Below, in pieces: positions 52,916-64,000 of a DNA stretch of 64,000 nt. A program made the translations under genes and the position numbers. The notes below the pieces were generated by a model. That model was not told where the DNA came from, did no database searches, and saw only the letters and a program-made list of their open reading frames with translations. The DNA is taken from assembly GCA_951406725.2 (NCBI GenBank), contig OX597816.1, positions 107,322,001 through 107,386,000 of the forward strand, given 5' to 3'. Source of the DNA: Octopus vulgaris (Eukaryota). Position 1 is the first letter of the stretch. Each line of letters starts with the position of its first letter.

Positions 52916-54105
52916 TGTGGTGTTTACTATAGTTCAAAGGAATATGACCAATTCAAAGCCAATAAGTCTGTCTTTGTTAATCTTACTCAGTGCATGATAT
53001 TTACTGACATACCAGTCAAATATTTTAGACCAAAACAGTAGGTTGGCTTGTAATACACCGAGATGACTTTGGAGGACCAAAAATTTCAAACAATGGGGAT
53101 TTGGAAAGATGTTAAAATGTTTACACTAAATACTGTCAACCTTTATATCAGAAAATGCAGTGTACATTGACACATGACAGGAATAATAGTCATGTACTAA
53201 AGTTTGATAGTTTATCTCTGAATTCTTCGGGTATTTTTACCCCTTTGACTAATTATGCTTTCAGTGAATGACTTTAAAATATAATGCATGCATGTATGTT
53301 GTTATGCTTTTATGGTTGCATGAATAGATATTTAACATGCAGCTATGTTTGTACATAGATATATTCAGTTTACAGTTGTATAGTAAGGTGGAAGGAGTGT
53401 TTTGTTCCTCTTTACTTTCTTTATTTTATTTACAATTTTTTAAATATTTCTGTGACTCCTCCTCCTCCTTCCTTCCTTCCTTTACTTCTTTTCCTTCTCA
53501 AGCTTTGTTCAAATTGATATCTCAATGCCATTTCCTTTTCTCTCATATTCCAGATCATGGTTCACGAAACAAATGTGGTAATTGAGGAGCCAGAAGTAGC
53601 AGGAGAAAATTCAGTTCTTATTAGAAACTCTTCTGTTTTTTAATGGGTTTTCCATTCCTTGACAATGTGCCTTTTATTAGCAAAACAATTTTTAAGATAA
53701 CTTTTATCAAGGCCAATTAAGGTAAAAATAACAAATTACATTTTCCTATTTAAAAAAATATAGATACAAGAGCAATTGGATGGCTTCTCTTGACCAACCA
53801 ACTAGTTGCTGTATTTTAACAAATAGTGAAGAGCTCTTTAATCAACAGGCCTGCAAAGATTCTGATATAGATCCTAGTCAACATATCCGAGTTTCCTTCA
53901 GTGCTGTTGTATTCTAAGCAGCCATTTTGACCAAAATGAAATTGAAAAATTATTTCAACTCTGTAATTATTTGTTTCACTTTGAAAAGGAGCTTTTATGT
54001 TCAAAATATTGTAATATAAAATAAATGTTATTTGTTTTAAAGTAAACAAAGTCTGCATTGTGATGATTTTTTTCTTTTATTCAAGTATTCAGATATGTAT
54101 ATAAA

Positions 54106-54167
54106 ATAGCTGATGAAAATGCCTCGAAGCTCTTAGCTCCGGCATTTGAAACTCTGAGCTCTACTAT
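54106..54167 (+). ncRNA. Hammerhead-like motif with variant stem III
   Basis: ATAG-CTGATGA-AAATGCC...GGCATTT-GAAA-CTCT-GAGCTC-TA-CTAT. Perfect 4-bp stem I and 7-bp stem II, with 4 extra nt before G-AGCT-C-UA. Confidence 0.55.
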
Positions 54168-54211
54168 GACAACTTACTGAGTGTCCTATACTATATATAT
54201 ATATATATATA

Positions 54212-54630
54212 CTCTTTTACTTGTTTCAGTCATTTGACTGTGGCCATGCTAGAGCACCCCCTTTAATCAAGTAAATCGACCCCAGGATTCATTTTTTATA
54301 AGCCTAGTACTTATTCTATCAGTCTCTTTTGCTGAACTGCTAAGTTATGGGGATGTAAACACACCAGCATCAGTTGTCAAGTGATGCTGGGGGACAAACA
54401 CAGACACACAAACGTACACACACACACACACAAACATATATTTATATATATATATATATACATGTATACGATGGGCTTCTTTCAGTTTGCGTCTACCAAA
54501 TCCACTCGCAAGGCTTTGGTCTGTCCGAGGCTATAGTTGAAGACACTTGCTCTAGGTGCCACGCAGTGGGACTGAACCCGGAACCATGTGGCTCGTAAGC
54601 AAGCTACTTACCACACAGCCACTCCTACAG
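54212..54630 (-). mobile_element. Full-length tRNA-derived SINE
   Basis: Near copy of 21985-22390. Confidence 0.88.
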
Positions 54631-56054
54631 CTGATATTGGTGAGATTTGTACTAAGTGTGCAGAGACTCAGATAAAATTCTATTTACTGCTCCCATGACT
54701 GAGCCAATTTACCCCAATAACCAGCTGAATATTCTGGTCAATTTAATCAGCAATTCCCCACCACATAATTTATGTGTGTGTATCGATTAGAAACACTTAT
54801 TACATTAAAAGAATATTTTATTGTTTGAGAAGAAAAAGAAAAGAAATGGAAACAAAGCAATGCAAATAAAGAGAAATCCACTGAAATGATTATCGACATA
54901 AAGCTGAGAACATCTTTGAATAATAAATGCATTAAGAGCGATATAGGTTAGTAATATACATTTAAATTTTATTTAGGTATGAAACTATAAATTATGCCAT
55001 ATTAACTATATTGGGAAATTTTTGAAAAAGTTTAAAAAATTTCTAAATCCTCTGTATAATATCTTCTTCACACTTCAGTTGTGTGTGTGTTTGTGTGTGT
55101 GTGTGTGAGTATATAAAAGTGCATGCATATGTATGAATATGTGGTCTATAACTTTGATTGCTGCATAATAATGGTTTACAGCTCTGGAGTGCTTTTAATT
55201 GGTAAATAAATTTCACAATATATCTTTGTGGCTTGCAATAAAGCAAAGAAAAAGAAAAAGACAATGGGAAAAAATATATATTTTGAAATAATTCAGTTTA
55301 TGTCATTACTTTTTTATTGCTTTCTGCCATATGGCTGTGGCTATGCTGGAGGTACTGCTATTATTTAATTTCTGAAAGAAAAAATGGGTTTATTATATAT
55401 TTATCATGTGTTTTGCATTAAATAAACTAGCAAATCTACCCATCTACGATGGAGGCATAGAATGAGGGAGGGAAGTCATAACAGCAGTATGTATTGAAAA
55501 ATGTGTAAATGAACTTGGTAGATTACTGGGTGATGTCTTAGAGAAATCACATTATTGTTAGTGATACAGCATTCTATTGCAGCTATATGACATGTGTTTG
55601 TGACTAAGTGACATGTGACGATGGTTCGCTCCCGAATTGAAATAGGATCCCAGCCCCTGTATCATGAATGGTTATGTGGACCACTCCTAATGAAGGCCAG
55701 AGCTTCTTTCAACCACTACATAAAAAAGTATTAAGAAAAATGTTATTTAGATATACTTTTATTTTAGTTGTCTATACTATTTTATGCTTGTTTACACTCT
55801 TATACATTTAAAGTTCACAAATTTCCTTATTTAAATTATAAATCATATTCCTTTCGGTAATATCAATACGATTACAAAATGTCTTTGTAGATGACATTTT
55901 CTGTTTGGTTGACACTAATTTTCAAATTATGGGAGCCCATAGCTCTCCTCGTAGTGACGTATAACTGGCCGCGTGTAAACACTGGAGTGGATAATAATAC
56001 ATCTACATGATCTACAGTCTGGCCCTGTGCCTTGTTTGCTGTGAATGTGCAAGC

Positions 56055-56333
56055 GGAATCTTTAGGGTTGCTGGAAAAAAGTATGTAGTGGTATTTCGAC
56101 TGTCACTATGTTCTGAGTTCAAATTCCACTGGGGTTGACTTTGCCTTTCATCCTTTCAGAGTCAATGAATTAAATACCAGTGAAACACTGGGGTAGATGT
56201 AATCGACTAGTGTTCTCCCCCCATATTTCAGGTCTAGTGCCTTTAGTAGAAAGGATTATTATTATTATTATTGTTATTATTAGTTCATCTTGTCTGTTTG
56301 CCTTTGTAAAGAGTTACATCAATCCTTTTAAAA

Positions 56334-56395
<62 letters not shown>

Positions 56396-57050
56396 AGGTG
56401 GCAAGCTGTCAGAGTCGTTAGCATGCCAGACAAAATGCATGGTAGCACTTCATCCTTCTTTGCATTCTGAGTTCAAATTCCACCAAGTGTGACTTTGCCT
56501 TTCATCAATTTTGGGTTGATGTAAAAAGTACCTGTTGCATACAGATGTTGATATAATCAACTATTTCTCAACCACAAAATCCCACGTCTTGTGTGTATAG
56601 CGAAAAAAGACTATTGTTACTACTGCTATTAGGGCAGTGGATTGGCAGAATCATTAGAGCATAAGAAGAAAATATTCTGGTTCTCTACATTCTGAGTTCA
56701 AATCCCACTAAGGTCGTCTTTGCCTTTCATCCTTTCAGGTTTGATAAAAAAAAAAAATGTACTAGTCAATTACTAGATTTTATGGTATCAATTAAACACC
56801 TCCCCTCAAAATTACTAACACTGTCCCTAAATTCTTTCTTATTTTGGTAGAAGGCTAGAAGTTTTGAGGGGAGGGAGCAAGTAAATTACATGGACCCCAG
56901 TATTTGACTCATACTTTATTTTACCGAGCCTAAAAAGATTAAAGGTAGAGGTAACCTTGGTGAGATATGAACTCAGATTATAAAGAGGAGGAAGAAATGC
57001 CATTAAGCATTCTGTTTGATGCACTAATGATTCTGCCAGCTTACTGCCTT
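56055..57050. mobile_element. Cluster of four same-family SINEs (three +, one -)
   Basis: TTCTGAGTTCAAAT...CTTTGCCTTTCATC core near 56112, 56466 and 56691, with an inverted copy at 56840-57050. (CTA)n at 56335-56395. Confidence 0.8.
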
Positions 57051-58849
57051 CTTTGTACTTAAATTAGAAATCATTATTATTGTTTCTGTTGTTGTTGTTA
57101 GTAAAAGAAGATGGTGATTATGAGGAACTGTATATTTGGAAAAGTTGGTGACCAGAATTTTTAGAATCAAGTGATTAAATTTGAAAGAGTACAACCCCCA
57201 CCACACACACAAAACACTCCAGCTAAATCAGGAGGCTTAATAGAACACAAGATGGCAAGTTTGTCTCATTTGATAAGAAGGTGAAAGTAGGTTAATTAAT
57301 GTTTGGTCCATTTTAATAAGTGCATCTAGCTGAAAGAGAAGAGATGATGCATATTACTGTTGCAGCACTGCTTTGCAAACCAGTAATGTTTCTGCTGTTA
57401 ATATTTGGTTCAAAATTCAGTAATTTGATATCTATATGAAATATAAGGAAAATATAGAAGGCGTACATAAACACACATTTGCATATACACAAACGCATAT
57501 AATTGTTTTCAATATATACTGGAGAATTTATGCATTTTGTTGAAGTTGAAGCTTTCCTCCGTTACTAGAATTTTACATTTTCACGGTTTATCATGACTGG
57601 ACGTATTGTCTGGACGAGCAATAAGAATTAGTGACAAACTTTGGAATTTAACTGAGGGGAATAATGAATAGCAAAATTAGTAGAATGCCACACAAAATGC
57701 TATGCAGTTAAGCTTTTTCACATTCTGGGTTAAAATCACACCGAGAAACAAAATTGTTTTTCATTCTTTCAAGGCCAATATATGTACAATCAAAAAACTC
57801 ATTTGGTTTCAAGGTTCGCAATTGGGAAATTGTGAATTGTGAATTATCACCACTAAGCCCTGTTCTACACTTGCCTGAGTTCACAATATCTGTCAAAGGC
57901 CCTAGTTATATGCCCTGTGGCTAAGGTATATATAACACAGAAGAACTGATCTCTTGACATGTGTATAGTTATGCTTTGAAGTCAAATGAACAAGTCCCCC
58001 TGCCTAAGAGTAAAACACACTCTGTGCGTCAATTATAAGATCTTGTGATCTTACTTTTCAGGTAAGCAGGAAACTCAGAAGAGCAGAATAAACTATAAAT
58101 AAGCCAGAAGACAATAGGAAACCTGGTGTACTTTTCTTGTGAAAAACCGTGACTCTTCAGATTTTGGCATGGAGGTCGTCTATGATAGCTGGTTCCTGTA
58201 GGAATGGCACTCGAAGAGAAAGAGAGAGGGAGAGAGAGAGAGAGATAATTTCTTTATTCACCATAAGGTTGAGAAAAAGAGTGGGGTGAGGGGACAGTTC
58301 TTCTCAAATTTGTCATGTTCATGTAATTTATGAAATGCCATAAATATCTGGTAACGTTGGACACATACTAGTTACCTGCATAGCCAGTCAGGTTGTTTAG
58401 TCCCAGGTCAAATTTTATTGAAATTTTATAAAGAGAATCATTCAGACTATGACCATCTTATCTTAAGGGGATATCTAAGAATATATTATCTAGTGAGTCT
58501 TTCTTATTTTAAGATAGTGTGATATTATTTGAAGTAGATTTGACTGCTATTTCTTGTAGTTCGATCATCTGTGTAGAGATTCAAGTCCAGTCATGCAGGA
58601 TGGGGTAGTAATATTCTCGTTAACTTCTACAAGGGTGGGGGAGATATTCCAGAAAGAAATACAGAGGTATGAAAGTAGTAGAAAGAATTATAGTAGTACA
58701 GGTAAATAGAAAAAAATAATTAGAATAATTAAGAGATTTATCGATTTGTAAACACGTGTGTCTGTGTGCGCGTCATGTATACAGTATAATAGACTGGCCG
58801 TCATGAGAACAAATGTGTGTGTGCGTGTAAGCATAGATGTATGCGCGTG

Positions 58850-59850
58850 TTAAGAACATAAAAGAATGGTAACGAAGGAGACAGTGAAAGAGTCTATAGC
58901 CATCGAAGTGAGAAGTTCATAGACACAAGAAAGAGAATACCAGTTCGTAGTCGTTAGTACACAGTAGTTGAAATACTGTATCAAGAAGTTGCGGCCATGA
59001 CGCTGAGCCGGTTGCAGCTGTTGGAACCTGGACAAGATGCTTGCTGAGCTATGTACGTAGAGAAATGATGTCGACGATGTTGAGAAGATGGTAGCGACGA
59101 AGGAGGTTGCCGTAATGCTAATGCACAAAGTTTGTAAGTCTCAACATGGCTGCTGTGGTGTCTTGTGTGGCCAGTGGCTAGACCTAAAAAGTTCTGGAAC
59201 CGAAAGACCTCGAGATCTTTTCGGTTTGAACGGCAGTTTTTAAAAATAATTTCCACGTAACTAAACACTTTTAAACTTGGTATACTGGTAGAATGTGTTT
59301 ATAAAACATCTTTTTCTCTTGGCTTTATTGAGAAAATTCTATAGTTTGTAAGATATTTGTCGTTATTTTTCTTCAATTTCTGCAATTTCAACCAATCAAT
59401 GACGTCTATTGAGGTGAAAACATTCTGTGCCGTATGAATATGTCCCTCGTTTAAGAAAGAGAATGGGTTTATTTACATTTCTGAAGAAAAAAAGATACCC
59501 TTCCCCTCAACCCTAACTAACCCTAACCCTAAAACAGATTGAAATGCAATATATCGATACTAGGGTTATAATTATGGGTGACAATTTCATATGACACCGC
59601 TAGAAAAAAACTGCCGTTCAAACCGAAATGATCCAGACCTCGAGAGGAGGAGGTGAATTTTTATAAAGAACAGCAGGCTAAAACGGGGTCGAGAACAGGC
59701 TGTCTCACGTGATCGTATTTAGAGGCTCTGATTGATTATACGCAGCAAATTGGCGTGACAGAATTAGGGACAAATGGCGCCAATACCAATCAAAGTAGTG
59801 GACACAACGGGGCCCAAATAGCGGTCAAAGGCCAGCTGTTATCTGCTACA
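58850..59850 (-). mobile_element. LTR-like segment, host of the 59213-59634 insertion
   Basis: CpG-rich island bounded by TGTTAAG and GCTACA, with a TATA-like TATAAAA on the minus strand near 59660. No clean TSD found. Confidence 0.35.
59213..59634. mobile_element. Non-autonomous TIR element with 8-bp TSD and internal CCCTAA repeats (Merlin- or hAT-like)
   Basis: TIR GATCTTTTCGGTTTGAACGGCAGTTTTT / AAAAACTGCCGTTCAAACCGAAATGATC. TSD AGACCTCG at 59205-59212 and 59635-59642. Confidence 0.88.
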
Positions 59851-60513
59851 TTGGAATGCACGTATATATAATATAGGGGAGAGAGGAATTTCACTCGAGT
59901 GTACGCTACATATCATATATATCATACTTATGGGTGCCTCTTTTATAACTTCTTCTTCATGCAAAGACAGTCTTATTCATTTAGTTTATCATAAATCTTA
60001 TAAAGAGGAATAACTTCTTTATACACTGACGTCAGCATGTCATTTGTATGGCACATCACCTATTCGCATCTTTAGACGCAAAATCTTGATCCTTGACATT
60101 TCTTATTGAGATTTGGGTTGCAACCCATATCAATTAAGAAAGTTTTCATATTTTTACTGTTCTGTTGATAAAATGTGTATATGAAGTTAATTTTAGCTGG
60201 TTTCTTTCTTTGCTTTTCCAGATTATGGCTTAAAGCATTTACTAGCATAACTGAGTGTACCATTGATTATTGGTATAAATGTAAATTTATAATCAGGGTG
60301 AAAGAGCTGCAAGTTTCAGAGTAGTTGTTCATGAATATTCTCCTTCTCTCTGATTTTGGAAGAGCTGTTTACATCTGCAGGGCAACTAACCTCTATGTCT
60401 CTACGTGTCTCTTTTTATGTACCAAATAGCTATGTTCGGTCTGTTATGTTTGCACTTACCAGAAGTTTTGATGAGAATGTTCTACCATTATGCCTTGTGT
60501 TGACATATGCACG

Positions 60514-60594
<81 letters not shown>

Positions 60595-61116
60595 ATCATC
60601 ATCATTATTACCATCATCATAATTATCATCATCATCAAGAAAATTTGCTTTGGGATTTAAAAATGCACCCGAATCTTAAAACGTGTAGTCGTTTTCAAAT
60701 TTTGTAACAGATTTATTAGAATGTCAAACGGGTTCAACAATTGTTCGTTTATCAATGGCAAATAAAAAGAAATAAATAAACGTTCGTGGAGAAGTTAGTA
60801 ATAAAGGAAACTTCAGAAGGACATGCTTAAAAAGATCAAATGCTCATACAAATTCCAATGAGTTTCAGAGAGATAGAAATCAATACAAGTTTGATGAATA
60901 GCATTACAGACATACGCGACTGAAAGTTCAGTAATATTGCATTATATTAACAATTAGATACAATGAAGTTCTTATAAAAAGGGTATGAGGAAAAATAAAA
61001 ATACTTTTTCAATTTTTGTCGAAGTGCATGAAAGAGGATTCTTTGTCACTGGTTTTGCAGGTGAGAGTTTGAACTCTTAAGATAAATTGGCTTTGTATAT
61101 ATATACATATATATGT

Positions 61117-61158
<42 letters not shown>

Positions 61159-61226
61159 ATGCGGTAAAGGATCATGTTCTGATTGGTTGTATATTTAATG
61201 ACGTCACTTGTTTTTGTCCATCAATA

Positions 61227-62111
61227 CGAGATCTGATCAATAAGTATCCGGAATGTTGCCATAGTAACGAAGCTAAAGCACGCAGAATGAAGCCGCTTGG
61301 CATAGATTAACATTGACCTCTGCTGTGCATGCACACTAAGTTTTAACGTTCTGGCTCAGTTACCCTGTTTACAGCAGTGCTTAAAAGGAAGGTGTGTAAT
61401 GTGTAACCGTCGCATTGACCATGACAGAAAAAGTTGTCATGACAACACCTGCTCAGAGGACTACGGAAAGTTGCAGAAAGTGTACGGAAAGAAGTGTATG
61501 AGTTGCACACAAGTGTACGAGTGGTTCAGACGATTCCATGATGGCTGAAAAGATGTCGATAATGACGAACATTCTGGGAGACCCGCAACCAGCAGAACTG
61601 AGAAAAACATCGCAGATGTGCATGCAGCTGTGAGGGGAAATCGTCGAATCAACTTCTGTGTGTTATCAGAGGATGTGCAGATTATTTACAGTTCAGTTAG
61701 GTTCATTATCACTTGGTATGAGACGCGTGTCTGCCAAGTTTGTGCCAAAACTGCTTTCAGCTGACGAAAAAGACACTCGGCTTTCAGTTACATGAGAAGT
61801 CCTTGATTGTGTTGAGAACGATGAAAACTTTTTGAAAACTTTGCGTACCTCTGAGCAGGTATCGCCAAGCTTTTGGCAAAATTTGATGCAAATTCTCTGC
61901 TCAGCTTTCTCTGTCTTAGTCAATGCAAAGATCACACATTACACATGTTACTTCCAAGCGCTGCTGTAAACAGCGGAAGTGAGCTAGAACATTAAAACTT
62001 TGTGCGCATGCACTAAAGAGTTCACGGTCAATCTGTACCAAGCGGCTTTACTCTGCGTGCTTTAGCTTCGTTACTATAGCAACAGTCTGGATACTTATCG
62101 ATCCGATCACG
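61227..62111. mobile_element. mariner-derived foldback element built from two left ends
   Basis: TA|CGAGATCTGATCAATAAGTATCC...GATACTTATCGATCCGATCACG|TA. About 230-260-bp inverted arms, both containing the transposase start. The + strand centre reads RRVSAKFVPKLL. Confidence 0.9.
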
Positions 62112-62119
62112 TAGACTAC

Positions 62120-64000
62120 TATTTCGGTGGCTGATCGCCTTAATGTCTTTTGGTTTATGGCGTTCTGGTTGATTGACTTCCTGGTGATGTCATTTGCTTG
62201 TCGAATGTTTCGATCCCTTGTTTTTGATGCAGTTCAATATACGGTTGATTTTCTGCTTATGTTTGTTGTTGTCAGAGGACTTGGTACCTTTTTTTTGTCT
62301 GACAGTTGTCCAGCGTTCCATTCGGTTGATTCTCTTAATAAACCACTGGTTTCGGTCGACTCAATGTTTATTTGGTTTTTTCCCCTGAAGGTCTGGTTTT
62401 AACCAGAAAACAATCTCATTGATTGATCTTAGGGTAACGTCAGCAACTGGTGCTTGGGAAAGTGTAAGGTGTTATTGTACAGCAGTTTGGAGTTAGGGTT
62501 TCGAATCCCTGAGGTAGCCCGTTACTTAAACTTTTGATTTATGCCTGTTGTCTCTGGTCGTTTTACGTGAATAAATTGTTTTTACTCATTCTGGTGTGTT
62601 TTTATAGGGTATTCAGTTGTAGTTTATACTTCTTAAAAAACATATTTTCCTCATTTACTCGGAATTGGGCTGAAGCTTTTCCGGTGCATTGATAGAGAGG
62701 GAAAAATCTGGTATTTCAGATTTCTGTTTGCGGGTATTGATCTAAGTGTTTACCTATAGGAATTTCTGTGGTTGTTGGGTAACGAATCTGTTGTCTGTGT
62801 ACTGTCGGTCTGTCCCTCAAGGTCAAGCTCATTTGCTCATTTGAGAACATAAATTAATTTCCTCGTTGCTCAGGTAAAAGGTTTTTTTTTTTTATGGAGA
62901 ATGTTTGACCTGACTTGAATTCATATATTGAACATTCCATTAGGTTGGTGCAGGCCTCGTAGTTAGGGCGGTTACATATTTTGTCTAGTAGGGTTGCATT
63001 TTTGGTGGATGATTTGGCGCTAGTGATTTAGGTCGACTTTTATTTTAAATAATTTTATGTGCTTCGAGTGCTTTTTCAATCGCATGTAGTTCATGAGAAT
63101 GGTTTTATAATTATGGATGATGTTGTATGCTTCTATGTTTCTTGTTTTTTGTGTTGACACGAAAGATAAAGTTTTAAGTGTGTAAGAAGGTTTTCTTGTT
63201 TTTTGTAATTCTTGGATGCCTATTGTTTTTGCACGTTATATTCCATTGTTGATTAAACTGACTGGGTATTATTTTTCTAGCAATATATTATTAAGTTCTT
63301 GGAGTCGTTTTAACCGAATTTCGATATTGGACACAATCATGCAAATTCTTCTTGCCAATATAAAAGGTATATTGATTTTAGTATGCTTTGGATGGCCGGA
63401 AGAAAATTAGTAGGTAATGTTTTGAGTCTGTTGGTTTAAAAGAAATGTAGGTTTCAATGTTCGTATCTCTTTTTGTGATGATTAAAATGTCCAGAAAGAG
63501 CAGTTGCTTTTCATTTTATTCCATTATAAATTGAATACTGTGGTTAATGTTTTTAATCAAGATGTTCAGTTTGATGAGTTGATCAAAATTATGTAACCAT
63601 AGAATGAAACAATCGTGTTTTCAGTTGGCGAGTAAGTATTTTCGGAAGTTATCACCAAATTTTAGCCAGGCATTTTCGTATATTTGGACTTCTAAGTACC
63701 CCATGACAAGATTAGCAAAAGTGGGGGCTACCCTCGTTACCATAGCAGTCCCAGATATATGTCTGTAGATACTGTCGTTGAAGTTGAAAAAATGATTTTG
63801 TTGGATGAATTTTAATCCTTCAATGATAAATCCTTTTCCAGTTCGGTCAGGTATGTCATTTAGAAATTTTTCCAGCCAGAATTGTGTAGCGTCTATTCCG
63901 TATTCAGTGTAATTGCAGCGTAGATATTTATTACAACGAATAAGACATAAACAGATTCCACGCTGGTTTTACTCAGGAAATGGTTTTAAAAGTTTGAAGC
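62120..64000 (-). mobile_element. Penelope-like retroelement (RT + GIY-YIG), decayed, runs off the window
   Basis: Minus strand FIIEGLKFIQQNHFFNFNDSIYRHISGTAMVTRVAPTFANLVMGYLE, DCFILW and SGHPKHTKINIPFILARRIC. VHRQQIR and E...KKYKLQLN are GIY-YIG-region motifs. The ORF ends near 62600. Confidence 0.88.

Noticed and set aside
55425-55990. Helitron-like element (AACTAGCA start)
   Set aside because: I could not define a matching terminal hairpin or end, so support is insufficient.
59511-59532. Chromosome telomere or fusion site
   Set aside because: Only about three units, located inside a TSD-flanked TIR element.

Overview
This is AT-rich, microsatellite-dense animal DNA. The SINE, RTE and mariner repertoire points to a coleoid cephalopod, most likely Octopus (inference). 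It reads as intronic or intergenic sequence, and almost every entry in the ORF track is a microsatellite or transposon artefact. Supported content includes decayed mariner/Tc1/maT transposases, a piggyBac derivative and TTAA MITEs, an RTE LINE fragment with many RTE-type (ATC)n-tailed 3' ends, and several tRNA-derived SINE families. There is also a Penelope-like RT/GIY-YIG element at the right edge, a solo LTR nested in a mariner, a TIR element carrying telomere-type repeats, and a few candidate + strand host exons. The most notable unannotated signals are (1) a dispersed set of Penelope-type hammerhead ribozyme motifs, the best with an unusually long stem II split by a piggyBac insertion, and (2) many foldback/palindromic structures, including elements built from two copies of one transposon end. 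I found no clearly novel protein-coding system.
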